DNA of 63,240 nucleotides, filler included, from Pirum gemmata (Eukaryota): NCBI GenBank assembly GCA_002812295.1. It is 11 parts of 11 records of this genome, joined end to end, with 100 filler letters (N's around TTAATTAATTAA, not from the genome) between each part and the next. Parts side by side here need not be neighbours in the genome. Positions count along the whole stretch, not along the records: positions 46,848 to 52,255 come from PDIN01000554.1; positions 52,356 to 57,746 come from PDIN01000555.1; positions 57,847 to 63,240 come from PDIN01000556.1; 8 more parts are not named here. One strand, 5' to 3'. Shown piece by piece: positions 51,722 to 63,240 of this stretch (position 1 is its first letter; each line of letters starts with the position of its first letter). The notes under the pieces were generated by a model. It saw only the letters and a program-made list of their open reading frames with translations, ran no database searches and was not told where the DNA came from. The position numbers and the translations under genes were made by a program.

Positions 51722-52778
51722 TTTTATTGTAGCTTTTATTTTATTATTATAGTCTAGTCTATATATACCTATATCAATAATTTGTGATATATCATATCAT
51801 TTGATAGACTCTAAATTATATAAACTACCAGGTGTTGAAATATATATATATCTATTTCGAAATAGTGTTGAAAAAAATAAAATTTTAAAAACTACCCCTT
51901 TGGATATATATATATAGTTTTTTATTTCGAAGTGGTCTTCGATACATAGAGTTTATGGGTATGCAGCGAATCGGAGGCCGAACCCGACATACTCCGAAGA
52001 CGCCGACGCCGAAGGCGTCGGTGATAATAATATTAATATTGTTTATTTATCATATATATTCTCCTCAGATAGTATCACCAGCTATATTAATTACCTAATA
52101 GTTTACCTAATAGTATCGGAATATTCTCAGATAATATTAATATCACCAGCTATATTAATTACTTATTTTCATTCGTTTGCTATTACTACTACAATAATCA
52201 TCATGACACTTATTACAGGTAATAATTCCCAATGATTGGTTTTGCTCATGATCAGNNNNNNNNNNNNNNNNNNNNNNNNNNNNNNNNNNNNNNNNNNNNT
52301 TAATTAATTAANNNNNNNNNNNNNNNNNNNNNNNNNNNNNNNNNNNNNNNNNNNNATAATAAAATTTAATAATATTATAAATAATAAATAATAAATATTA
52401 TAATAAATAAATAATAAATAATAAATAATAAATAATAAATAATAAATAATAAATAATATCATAAGTAATAAATATGATGAAGGAGTATGAAATTACTATG
52501 AGTCTATGAATACTATGAAGGTCCCGGTTATTAAAAGGTTAGCGCTAGCTGTTATAATCTTTAAGTTGACATTTTTAAACCAATAGATAGATAATAAAAT
52601 ATACCAAATGGATTTATATTGTATTGGAATTTGGAACTATTTTATGATGACAAAACAACTGAAAAGCACTATAGACTAGCTAGCCTACTAGTAGGATTGG
52701 GGAACTGTTTGGGACAGGTTGGGGACTGTTGTAAAGGGACTGTAGCACTACACTACTAGCTAGCTAGAGATATCGTAA

Positions 52779-52907
52779 GGGAGCGTTCAAATAATACGTC
52801 ACGTCAAGGGGTAGGTAGGTAGGCGGTATTTTACCGGAAATTAATGTCAAGGGGTATGTATGTAGGTAGGGGTATTTGAAGCTGTACTTGACCGGAAATT
52901 GGCGTTA
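52779..52907 (+). mobile_element. MITE family C, right end lost
   Basis: TAA|GGGAGCGTTCAAATAATACGTCACGTCAAGGGG at the left end. Confidence 0.82.
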
Positions 52908-53212
52908 GTAGACCCCCCCCCGGTCTAGTTAGAGGATTCAAAATAATTTTGAATGGTTTCCCGATCGGGCTTAGTCTTAATAACTCTTGACATGACCCGA
53001 TATAGTCTTCAGATCAGATAGACTATCAATATAGACTACCCGGTATTCAGGCCGTATTCTAGCTATCGTAGCTAGGCTAGGCGCTAACCCTAACCCTAAC
53101 CCTAACCCTTTAACCCTAACCCTAACCCTATTAGAAAACCAAATTTCTAAAGTTAGAACATCAAAGTCCCAAAGTTCAATGATGAAAAAGTCATTTCTTT
53201 TTGTTATGATAA

Positions 53213-53416
53213 TATCGTCTATTTCATTGTCCTCTCAATCTTTAATTTGGTACTTTTTAAGTGTATAATTGAACTTGTTTATAAAATACAACATTGATTA
53301 TAAAATACCAAATTAATTAAAACATGTCTGATAGTTTAACCATAATAAAAATTTGGTATGTTTTTTAACGTTTATTTCAGTTTTTGAACTGGACAACACT
53401 ATTGAAAAACACGATA
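53213..53416 (-). mobile_element. MITE family B, full length
   Basis: TATCGTCTATTTCATT at one end and TATTGAAAAACACGATA at the other. Confidence 0.85.
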
Positions 53417-53452
53417 GTCTAGTCTAGACTATAATTTATGATAATAATTTAC

Positions 53453-53509
53453 CAAGGACTTCAAAAAAAAAAGACTTGAAGTCATTTGAAGTAGCTTTTG
53501 AAGTCCTTG
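53453..53509. mobile_element. Micro-MITE family G (TIR CAAGGACTTCAAAA)
   Basis: Perfect 14-bp TIR; relatives at 48951-48976, 49018-49061 and 54954-55000. Confidence 0.65.
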
Positions 53510-54032
53510 TATTTTTACTCAAAAATATTTTATTTTTGCTTTATCATAATATTATTTTTTAAAAATTTCCAAACACCCTAATAAATAAATACATTATTAT
53601 ACCGGTAATATCATATCATATTATTGATAAGTATACATTTAGTCTATAGATCTATAGATACAAATAATTTAAAAAGAAATATGATTTTTCAGTGATTTTT
53701 CGTGCTTTTCAGTTATTTTGTTGTCATAAAATATACAATAAATAGTACCAAATTAATACAATATAAATCCATTTAATTTAATTAGGTATATTTTATTATC
53801 TATTTCGTCTATTCCAGTACAGTTGCCCTCTCAATCTTTAATTTGGTGCTGTTTAAGTGTATACTTGAACTTGTTTATAAAATACAACATTAATTATAAA
53901 ATACCAAATTAAGTAAAACATGTCCGATAGTTTAACAATAATAATAATTTGCTGCACAGAACAGAACAGGCTAGCTAGAATATCATAGCTTAGGGTCTAC
54001 AGAAACATTTACGATAGTATTAATGTTAATAC

Positions 54033-54218
54033 TGTGCTTTTCAGTTGTTTTGTCATCATAAAATAAACAATAAATAGTACCAAATTAATACAATATAAGT
54101 CCATTTAATTTAATTTGGTATATTTTATTATCTATGTATTGATATAAAAACGTCAATGTAAAGAATATAACACTCCCAATAAATATTTAGAGGGACAAAA
54201 TAAATGAAAAGCGTGATA
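54033..54218 (-). mobile_element. MITE family A
   Basis: Full-length inverted copy of 54411-54599. Confidence 0.85.
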
Positions 54219-54410
54219 TGATATTAAATAATAAGACCTAGTAGTCTAGCTAGCTCTAGTAGTCTAGTGCCTGGCCATGGGTGGGTGGTGGGTAGCAGCT
54301 GGTGGGTATGATAGCAGCTGTGGGTAGGCCTCATGATTTATTTTTATAAAAATAACTCCTGGACTAACTCTTGTTTCATGAGAGGAAAAATGGTTTTGAT
54401 TTTTTATTAT

Positions 54411-54599
54411 TATCGTGCTTTTCATTTATTTTGTCACTCGGAATATTTATTTGGAGGGTGATAATCTTTAAATTGACATTTTTAAATCAATAAATAGATA
54501 ATAAAATATACCTAATTAAATTAAATGGATTTATATTGTATTAATTTGGTGCTATTTATTGTATATTTTATGACGACAAAATAACTGAAAAGCACTATA
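54411..54599 (+). mobile_element. MITE family A reference copy (~185 bp, TA-flanked, Tc1/mariner-like)
   Basis: TA|TCGTGCTTTTCATTTATTTTGTC and GACAAAATAACTGAAAAGCACTA|TA. More than 15 copies or fragments, including 30120, 35785, 36220, 38907, 39675, 40853, 52550, 53700, 55893 and 56987. Confidence 0.9.
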
Positions 54600-54690
54600 T
54601 TATTAATATTATTATTATGATAAAATATAATATTATTATGATAAACTGGTCTATCATGAATATTATTATAATATTATTGTGTCGAGGGTG

Positions 54691-54851
54691 ATAGTACTTT
54701 TCAGTTGATTTGTCATCATAAGGTTTATAATAAATAGTACCAAATTAATAAAATATTTTATTATCTATTTATTGATTTAAAAATGACAATTTAAAGATTA
54801 CAACCCTCCAAATAAATATTCAGAGTGACAAAATAAATGAAAATCACGATA
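54691..54851 (-). mobile_element. MITE family A, internally deleted
   Basis: ATAGTACTTTTCAGTTG at one end and TGAAAATCACGATA at the other. Confidence 0.82.
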
Positions 54852-55102
54852 AATAATGTAGAGGTGGGGAGCTGGGGAGAGACTGGGGGGGGAGACACTA
54901 TAGATATGGATGGTAGACTAGCTAGACTATCAGTATTATTTATGATAAAATAGCAAGGAGTTCAAATTTCAACTTCAAAAAAATTTTTTTGAACTCCTCG
55001 CGTCTCCTTGTAAGATGGGCTAACCCTAACCCAACCCTAACCCTAACCCTAACCCTTCTTTTCTAAAAACTAATTTATAACCAAATTATTATTAAAAAAA
55101 CT

Positions 55103-55335
55103 GGGTTAGGGTTAGGGTTAGGGTTAGGGTTAGGGTTAGGGTTAGGGTTAGGGTTAGGGTTAGGGTTAGGGTTAGGGTTAGGGTTAGGGTTAACGTTAGG
55201 GTTAGGGTTTATCAGGGTTTATATATTAGTTAGGGTTAGGGTTAGGGTTAGGGTTGGTTTAGGGTTAGGGTTAGGGTTAGAGTTAGAGTTAGAGTTAGAG
55301 TTAGAGTTATTAGAGTTAGTTTTAGGCTTAGGGTT
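55103..55335 (+). repeat. Interstitial (TTAGGG)n/(TTAGAG)n array, with an inverted CCCTAA tract at 55020-55054
   Basis: Direct inspection of the sequence. Confidence 0.92.
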
Positions 55336-55388
55336 GAATTTTATCTGGCGTGGATGGGTGTTTTAACAAAAATATTTTTTTTAACTAC

Positions 55389-55627
55389 CAAGTCGGATAA
55401 AAATGGCAACATCGCCATATGAGCTCAAAAATCCAAAAATCTCAAAATAATCCAATTTAATATAAGTGCTACCAAATATTGGAGAAATATTATAATAAAA
55501 AACTCTATTCCTAACCAATGGCTAGTTTTTAAAAATAATTTGGCTAGTTATCATTGTTAGCTTTAAAGGTTTTTAGAAAAGAAGTCTACCAATAAAAAAC
55601 AAATGATTTCTACAGTTTTATCTGGTA
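55389..55627 (+). mobile_element. MITE family E
   Basis: CAAGTCGGATAAAAATGG at the left end and CAGTTTTATCTGG at the right. Confidence 0.82.
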
Positions 55628-56224
55628 TGATATATTATGATATGATAATTATGACATAGTCTATAAAAAAAAAAAAAAAAAAAAAAAAAAACAAATTTTC
55701 AACAATAAGAAAATCCAGCTGAAAATCAGTTGAAAGTCCTTGGATGATCATGCATTTTTTTTTTCTTGTTTTTTATTAATAATATATGATTTTTGTTAAT
55801 TAATTAATAAGTTTTTGTTATTGTTATTGTTACTGCTACTGTTATATTATTATATTAATTACTAATATTATTATGATTATATATTCTATATATTATAACC
55901 CTCCAAATAAATATTCAGAATGATAAAATAAATTATTTAATATTAGTATACATACATACAGCTATACATACATATTACTATATATTATATATTATTACAT
56001 AAATATATATAGCTCAAAAAACTTGAATCTATCGTAGTCTATACAATCATTTTTTTGAAACAAAATTCAAACATATCGTCGAAATTATTAAAAAATATTA
56101 ATAATTAGCTTTATTATAATGATGATAATATAATATTATATAGATATCATGATATAGTATGGTTATCGTATAGACCACTTATTGCTATCCTGCAACCAGA
56201 GTAACCAGATACCATAGACTATTA

Positions 56225-56285
56225 GGGAGTTCAATAATTACGTAACGCTGGGTGGGGGGGGGGGGGGATTTTTGTGAACGCTCCC
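56225..56285. mobile_element. 61-bp Harbinger-like mini element with TTA target-site duplication
   Basis: TTA|GGGAGTTCAATAATTACGTAACG, then a poly-G tract, then TGAACGCTCCC|TTA. Confidence 0.72.
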
Positions 56286-57276
56286 TTATCATAGTCTACC
56301 TCTTCTCTTTCTAAAAAAAGTGAGTGAGTGCACTGCGACTCTCCAAGTAGACTGGTCTAGCTAGCTAGCTAGCTAGTAGTAGTAGTAGTAGCTATGATAG
56401 CTTTTTTAATTAATTATCATAAAAACTAAAATAAAAGTAGACCTGCCAAATTATTATTATGGTTAAACTATCAGACATGTTTTAATTAATTAGGTATTTT
56501 ATAGTTAAATGTTGTATTTTATAAACAAGTTCAATTATACACTTAAACAGTACCAAATTAAAGATTGAGAGGACAACTACTGTAATGAAATAGACGATAT
56601 TATACCAGATAGTAGTAGTAGTATCATATAGATAGAAGTTTTATAACTTCTCCAACTAACTTTCCTAATGATAACTTTCTATCATACGATTTATCAATAT
56701 TAATTATCATAATATCATATTTTAAAAATATATGATATAATAAAAATATCAAATATCGATAAATTTATGCTACCATAGTCTATTTATATTATTAAAAAAA
56801 TACAAATAAATACAAGACTAGCTATATATAGTAGCAACTCTAGCAACTTTATTACTTTATTACCAGTACAGTGGCAGTACTAGCTAGCTAGTATCGGTAT
56901 AAATACCATATATGATAATCATATCAGTTGATAATATCGATATTATGATTATGATAATATATTATTATTATAGCAGTAGTAGTCTAAGTACTTTTAAAAG
57001 TTGTTTTGTCATCATAAAGTATACAATAAATAGTACCAATTAATAAAATATAAACCCATTTAATTTAATTAGGTATATTTTATTATCTATGTATCGATTT
57101 ATAAATGACAGATTATAAGTTATAACCCTCTAAATAAATATTCAGAGTAATGAAAATCACGATGATAATAATTATCATAGACTAAATGAAAGGAAGTAGT
57201 AGTAGGACTGTAGCCTGTAGGACTATATTTAAAAATAATAATTTTTTTAAATACTAATCGATATCATACTAGGAAG

Positions 57277-57340
<64 letters not shown>

Positions 57341-57989
57341 CTATTATTGAGCTATTTATAGATGTCATGGCAGGTTTCTATTTTGTGGGTTTTTGGTTTT
57401 TGGCAACTTTTTGCGGCAAATTTTGCCTGTTTTTTTCTTTAGGTTTTTTTCTGGAGCGCTCAAATACAATTTTATACAAGTTTATACAACGTAACGCCAA
57501 TTTCCAGTCAAATACAGCTTCAAATACCCCTCCCTCCCTGCCTACCTACCGCTCGGCGTTGATTTCCAGTCAAACACCACCTACCTACCTACCCCTTGAC
57601 GTGTCGTATTTTTTCAACATGTTTTTTCTCAGTTTTGCCAACTTTTTGGCTGATACGGCCGGCTGGTCACCCTTCACCCTATCAGACTTCTATCAGTTTT
57701 CTGATTTTTTTATTATCATATGGTGGACGCAACTTATACATAACAGNNNNNNNNNNNNNNNNNNNNNNNNNNNNNNNNNNNNNNNNNNNNTTAATTAATT
57801 AANNNNNNNNNNNNNNNNNNNNNNNNNNNNNNNNNNNNNNNNNNNNTTTTTTGGTTTTTTCTTTTGTTTTTTTTTTGTTTTTTATTATATCACTATATTA
57901 GAATTTGTATTGATTAGAATTCTATAGGATGGATTCTAATATTCTAATTATAGTGGACTACTTAAAATAGAAAATGATTTACTTTAATT

Positions 57990-59860
57990 AGAGTTTTTCC
58001 TAAATTCCCAAATAAAAAACTTTGAAAAACAAAATTAATAAATTTGTGTCCGGGTAAAAGTCAAAAAATAATTAATAATAAATTAAATTAAACAATTAAA
58101 CAATTAAAAATAAATATATATATAGCTAAAAATTAAATAATTAATAATAATAATAATAAAATTAAAAAGTTTAAAGAATAAAAAAGATTATTTTTGGTTA
58201 AAAATTAGAAAAAAAATTATTAATAAAATTTAAAATTAAATGGTTAAAAAAATAAATATAATCGTGTGTGGATTAAAAAATAAAAAATAAAATTATTTTT
58301 AGATAAAAATTAAAAAAATGATTAATAAAATTTTAAATTAGATGGTTAGAATAATACCTTTCGAATCAACCTTTACGGAAAATGCTCCTTCAAAATTAAA
58401 GGATCAAATTGATCAAATGATATTTCCTATAGACAGAAACTTTTCACAGAAACTCCCGGAATTAGTGAAAGGGAAGATGACCATTTGCAGCAGCATTATC
58501 CATAGCTTTAGAATTTCACAACTTTAAGATGACCATTTGCTGCAGCATTATCCACAACCTTCAGTTCGATTATGATGCAGAAATTTCACAATTTCAAGAT
58601 GACCATTTGCAGCAGCATTATCCATAGCTTTAGTTGTAAATGAATTTTTATAATTAGACAAAATGATATATATATATATATATATATAATCGTGCCTGGA
58701 TAAAACTTTAAAAATGATTAATAAAAATTAAATTAAACGGTTAAAATAATAATCATAAAATTGTTACTGGATAATTAAAATTAAAAAACGATAAATAAAA
58801 AATTGAAGTAAATGGTTAAAAAAATAAAGAAATAAAGTTACAAAATAGTTTATTATTAAAAATTAGATTAAATGGATACAAAAATAAAATAAAATAAAAC
58901 AATAAATTTGTGTCATGATAAAAGTCGAAAATTAATTAATAATAAATTCAATTAAACAGTTAAAAGGTTAAAAAATAAAAATATGTATACCTAAAAATTA
59001 AATAAGAATTAATAATAATAATAATAATAATTAAAAGGTTTAAAAAATAAAAAAATAATTATTTCCAGATAAAAATTAAAAGATAATTAATAAAATTTAA
59101 ATTAAATGGTTTAATATATATATAATATATAATCGTATCTGAATGAAACTTTATAAATGATTAATAAAAATTAAATCAAATGGTTAAAATAATAATAATA
59201 AAGTTGCGTTTACATATAAAATTAAAAAATGATTAATGAAAAATTGAATTAAATAGTTAAAGAAATAAAGAAATAAAGTTAAAAAATAGCTAAAATTAAA
59301 TTAAATAGATACAAAAATAAAATATATTGAAACAATGAATTTGTGTCTGGGTTAAAATTAATAATAAATCAATAATAAATTAAATTTGAACAGTTAAAAA
59401 ATTAAAAAATAAAATATGTATTGCTAAGAATTAAACAATAGTTAATAATAACAACAAATATTAAAAAGTTTAAAAAACAGAATAATAAGATTATGACCGG
59501 ATAAAAATTAAAAAATAATTAAAATTTTGAATTGTTAAAAAAATAAATAAAATTTCGTCTGGGTAAAACTTTAAAAATGATTAATAAAAATTAAATTAAA
59601 TGTTTAAAAAAATATTAATAAAAATGATTAATAAAAATTAAATTAAATGATTAAAAAAATATTAATAAATTTATGTTTGGATAATTAAATAAAAAAATAA
59701 TTAATAAATAATTGAATTAAATAGTAAAAAATAAAATGATAAAATTGTATAAAAAAACTAATTTATAAAAGAATAAATAAATGGATGAAAAAATAAAATA
59801 ATAAAATTGAATTGGGATAAAAATTAGAAATTAATTAATAATTAAATTAAATAATAAAAT
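57990..59860. repeat. Degenerate A-rich satellite (~70-80-bp monomers, ~435-440-bp higher-order period)
   Basis: Recurrent TYGTGTCYGGRTAAAA...ATTAATAAAAATTAAATTAAATGGTTAAAA; 58688 matches 59130 and 58896 matches 59330. Confidence 0.8.
58474..58640 (-). pseudogene. Ankyrin-repeat gene remnant
   Basis: FTTKAMDNAAANGHLEIVKFLHHNRTEGC, then two internally deleted DNAAANGHL repeats. Confidence 0.85.
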
Positions 59861-59864
59861 TGAA

Positions 59865-60336
59865 TCACAGAAAGTCTTCCAATATATCACCATCATCAAG
59901 TGATTGCATAGTCATAATCATCACAACTATGATTATTTCCTTAATTAATTATTAATATTAATGATAAATATTAATTTATTATCAAGTTTTATTAGTATTA
60001 ATATTATTATACCACAAAAAGTCTTCCAATATATCACCATCATCACCAAGTAAGTGACTGCATAATCATAATCATGAACAACCCTCACAAGTATGATTAT
60101 TTCATTGATTAATTATTAATATTAATGATAAATATTAATTATTATCAAATTTTATTGTTATTAATACTATTGCCAATGCACTACTATTAAAAAATTGGGT
60201 TATCACAAAACGTGTGCCAATATATCACCATCATCATCAAGTGATTAAATAGTCATTATCATTAACAACCCTCACAACTATGGTTATTTTATTAATTAAT
60301 TATTAATATTAATTAATGAAAAATTTTAAAATTAAA

Positions 60337-60367
<31 letters not shown>

Positions 60368-61493
60368 GTCAATGTAATATACTATTATACTATCTTCCAG
60401 GTTACCACTAAAAGTCTTCCAATATATAATCATCATCATCAAGTGATTGCATAGTCATAATCATGAACAACCCTCACAACTATGATTATTTTAATTAACT
60501 AATTATTAATACTAATGATAAATATTAATTACCACAAAAAATATTTCAATATATCATCATCATCGTCAAGTGATTACGTAGTCATAATCATGAACAACCC
60601 TCACAACTATGATTATTTCATTAATTAATTATTAATATTAATAATAAATATAAATTTATTATCAAATTTAAACTTTATTATTATTTTAATATTATTGTCA
60701 ATGCTATACTATTATACTACGTTAACCTCCATCGTTACCAGAAAAAGTATCAATATATCACCATCATCATCAAATGATTATTAATACATAGTCATAATCA
60801 CGAACTACCCTCACAACTATGATTATTTCATTAATTAATTATCAATATTAATGATGAATACTAATTTTATGATCAAAATTTATTATTATTATTATTGTTA
60901 TTATTATTATTATTATTGTCAATGTAATATACTATTGCACTACCTCCAGGTTACCAGAAATAGTCTTCCAATATATCACTGTCATCATCAAGGGATTGCA
61001 TAGTCATAATCATGAACAACCCTCACAATAATGATTATTTCATTAATAATAATTAATGATATCGATAAATATTAATTTATTATCAAATTTTATTATTATT
61101 ATTATTATTATTGTTGTTATGTAATACTATTATACAACGTTAACCTCTGGGTTATCACAAAAAGTTTTCCAATATAATTATCACCACCATCATCAAGTGA
61201 TTGTATGTGATTGTATGTGATTGTATAGTCATAATCAGGAGTAACCCTCATAATTATGATTATTTCATTAATCAATTATTTTAATATCAATTAATGAAAA
61301 AAATATTATATTACTATTATTATTATTGATAATGTAATAACTATTGCACTATCTCCAGGTTACTAGGAAAAGTCTTTCAATATATCACCGTCAGCATCAT
61401 AGTCATAATCATGAATAACCCTCACAACTATGATTATTTCATTAATTAATCATTAATATTAATGATAAATATTAATATTAATTTATTTTCAAA

Positions 61494-61524
<31 letters not shown>

Positions 61525-61702
61525 GCCACGTAATAATATTATACAACGTTTTAACGTGGGTTACAACAAAAAGTCTTCCAGTATATTACCATCATCAGCA
61601 AGTGATTGTATAGTCATAATCATGAACAACCCTCGCAACTATGATTATTTGATTAATCCTTTTTTTAATTAAATATTAATTAATGAAAAAATTATTATTA
61701 AA

Positions 61703-61739
<37 letters not shown>

Positions 61740-61766
61740 GGCAATGTAATAGTATTATACCACTGG
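59865..61766 (-). repeat. Tandem array of 10 degenerate ~200-bp copies of the adjacent gene's last ~25 codons plus 3' flank
   Basis: Copies start near 59865, 60010, 60200, 60402, 60529, 60735, 60951, 61152, 61360 and 61561; each matches 61767-61841. Confidence 0.92.
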
Positions 61767-62474
61767 TTACCACAAAAAGTCTTCCAGTACATCACCATCA
61801 TCAAGCGATTGCATAGCCATAATCATCAACAACACCCACAACACATCTACACCAGGATTAATAGTAACTGTAAACGAGTCACTAACAATCCCAGCTTTAA
61901 AAGATGCCAAAGCCAAACTCTTATCTTCATATTTGCTGTCTTTTAAATAAGGAAAGACAAATGTATCTTTTCTGAAGCTGCCTTTTATTTTCATCACTTT
62001 CTCGCCACTGGCCGTAAAGACTGTAGCATTGTCCCTTAAACTAACATAACTCTGTTTCAATTTAGATAAAACCACACCTTGACTGTTTTTAATTTTGGCA
62101 CAGTCCATACCCTTTGTAGTAACGTAGCCCAACAAGTTGTCATTAAGGTCAAAAAGTTTACCTTTTCCCATTGACCGATCCAACGCGAATAAAGCAGAGC
62201 CGTTTTGTTGAAAAATAGTAGCTTTCCCCGATTTGAACATGTTTGTTTTTAACTCAATACTGACTTCTTCTTCAAAACAATAATCGGGAAAGAGTGGGGT
62301 TAAAGCTGGGTGAGCGACATGTATCGGAAAAGTCGGGGTTTTCAATAAAGTGGGGGCATATTCTGATTGTATTGCTGGTTGTACCTGATTGTATTGTGGT
62401 GGTGGTTGTTCTTTTTGCTCGATTTTTCGATACAAATTTTGTTCTTCTGTTGGTTGGTTTCTGTGAATTTGCAT
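61767..62474 (-). CDS. LURP-one-related / Tubby-C-like (scramblase-fold) protein
   Basis: 235-aa intronless ORF with a CACCACCATG start context, a Pro/Gln-rich N-terminus and a beta-rich core. It ends in the LOR-type VTINPGVDVLWVLLMIMAM helix. Confidence 0.8.
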   Translation of the reverse strand: MQIHRNQPTEEQNLYRKIEQKEQPPPQYNQVQPAIQSEYAPTLLKTPTFPIHVAHPALTPLFPDYCFEEEVSIELKTNMFKSGKATIFQQNGSALFALDRSMGKGKLFDLNDNLLGYVTTKGMDCAKIKNSQGVVLSKLKQSYVSLRDNATVFTASGEKVMKIKGSFRKDTFVFPYLKDSKYEDKSLALASFKAGIVSDSFTVTINPGVDVLWVLLMIMAMQSLDDGDVLEDFLW

Positions 62475-62490
62475 GGTGGTGAATGTGTGG

Positions 62491-62534
<44 letters not shown>

Positions 62535-62717
62535 TCAATTGTGATAATTTCAGGGAACATATCTAGGTACATCAAGCCCGAATTGCGGGATTCCAATTCT
62601 TCTGCCACCCATAAATGGTTCCTTATTTTTATTGTATTTTTACTATTTATTTCACTATCTTTTTCTCCTATTTACAAAATAAGTAACAAAAACAAAAACA
62701 GCAAGGTGTAACGTGAG

Positions 62718-62912
62718 GTTTAGGGCCAGGTTTAGGTCAGGTTTAAGGTCAGGTTTAGGGCCAGATTTAGGGCCAGATTTAGGGCCAGATTTAGGGCCAG
62801 ATTTAGGGCCAGATTTAGGGCCAGGTTTGGGGCCAGGTTTAGGGTTTAGGGCCAGGTTTAGGGTCAGGTTTAGGGTCAGTTTAAGGTCAGTTTAGGGTCA
62901 ATTTTAGGGTCA
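62718..62912 (+). repeat. 12-bp telomere-related minisatellite (TTTAGGGCCAGR)n
   Basis: About 16 units, most homogeneous at 62754-62825. Confidence 0.9.
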
Positions 62913-63240
62913 GGGTGAGGATTAAGGTTGGATGGTTAGGTTTAGGGTCATAGTCAAAGTTGGTATGGGGCTAGGATGAGGATGATGTTATTGTTAAATT
63001 GTTTGTTGTATATGATTTTAACCGAACTATAGTTGAATAAAAAACTAAAAAATGAAATTGATTAATTGGAAAATAACTTTACATGATCTTTATTGTATTG
63101 CATTGCATTGCATTGTATTGTATTGTATGTGGTGTGGTGTGGTGTGGTGTGGTATGGTGTGTTATGGTGTGGTGTGGTGTGGTGTGGTGTGGTGTGGTGT
63201 GGCGTGGTACAATACAATACAATACAATACAATACAATAC

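Noticed and set aside
8116..57846. Regularly spaced TTAATTAATTAA motif every ~5.5 kb
   Set aside because: Always flanked by 44 N on each side: an artificial six-frame-stop linker, so cross-linker gene neighbourhoods were ignored.
59865..61766. CRISPR-like repeat-spacer array
   Set aside because: Repeats are long, degenerate and derived from the neighbouring CDS; spacers are homologous to each other; no cas genes; eukaryotic context.
62540..62615. Possible upstream exon of the LURP-one-like gene
   Set aside because: No convincing splice sites link it, and the ATG at 62474 already has a good start context.

Overview
AT-rich eukaryotic DNA, probably from a protist, with GT-AG introns, poly-Asn/Gln proteins and TTAGGG repeats. 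The window is not contiguous. Eleven scaffolds are joined by ten artificial 100-nt N44-TTAATTAATTAA-N44 linkers; all are about 5.2-5.5 kb except the first, so neighbourhoods across linkers mean nothing. Coding content: the 3' exons of ABCF2, ABCB-type transporter pieces, a split RGS-homology protein, an Asn-rich gene 3' end, a decayed Sola3-like transposase, an 8-TM MARVEL-like protein, a ~1,090-aa spliced orphan with a toxin-like hydrophobic hairpin, a collagen-like pseudogene, an ankyrin remnant and a LURP-one/Tubby-C-like gene. Intergenic DNA holds several MITE families and interstitial telomere-type arrays. Two signals stand out. (1) Pervasive putative transposon excision footprints, including a 7-8-bp duplication plus constant ACT/AGT/AGCT filler class that predicts an element with AG(T)...(A)CT ends. 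(2) Tandem arrays built from 3' coding segments of adjacent genes, at two independent loci. All family assignments come from motif recognition by eye; no searches were run.
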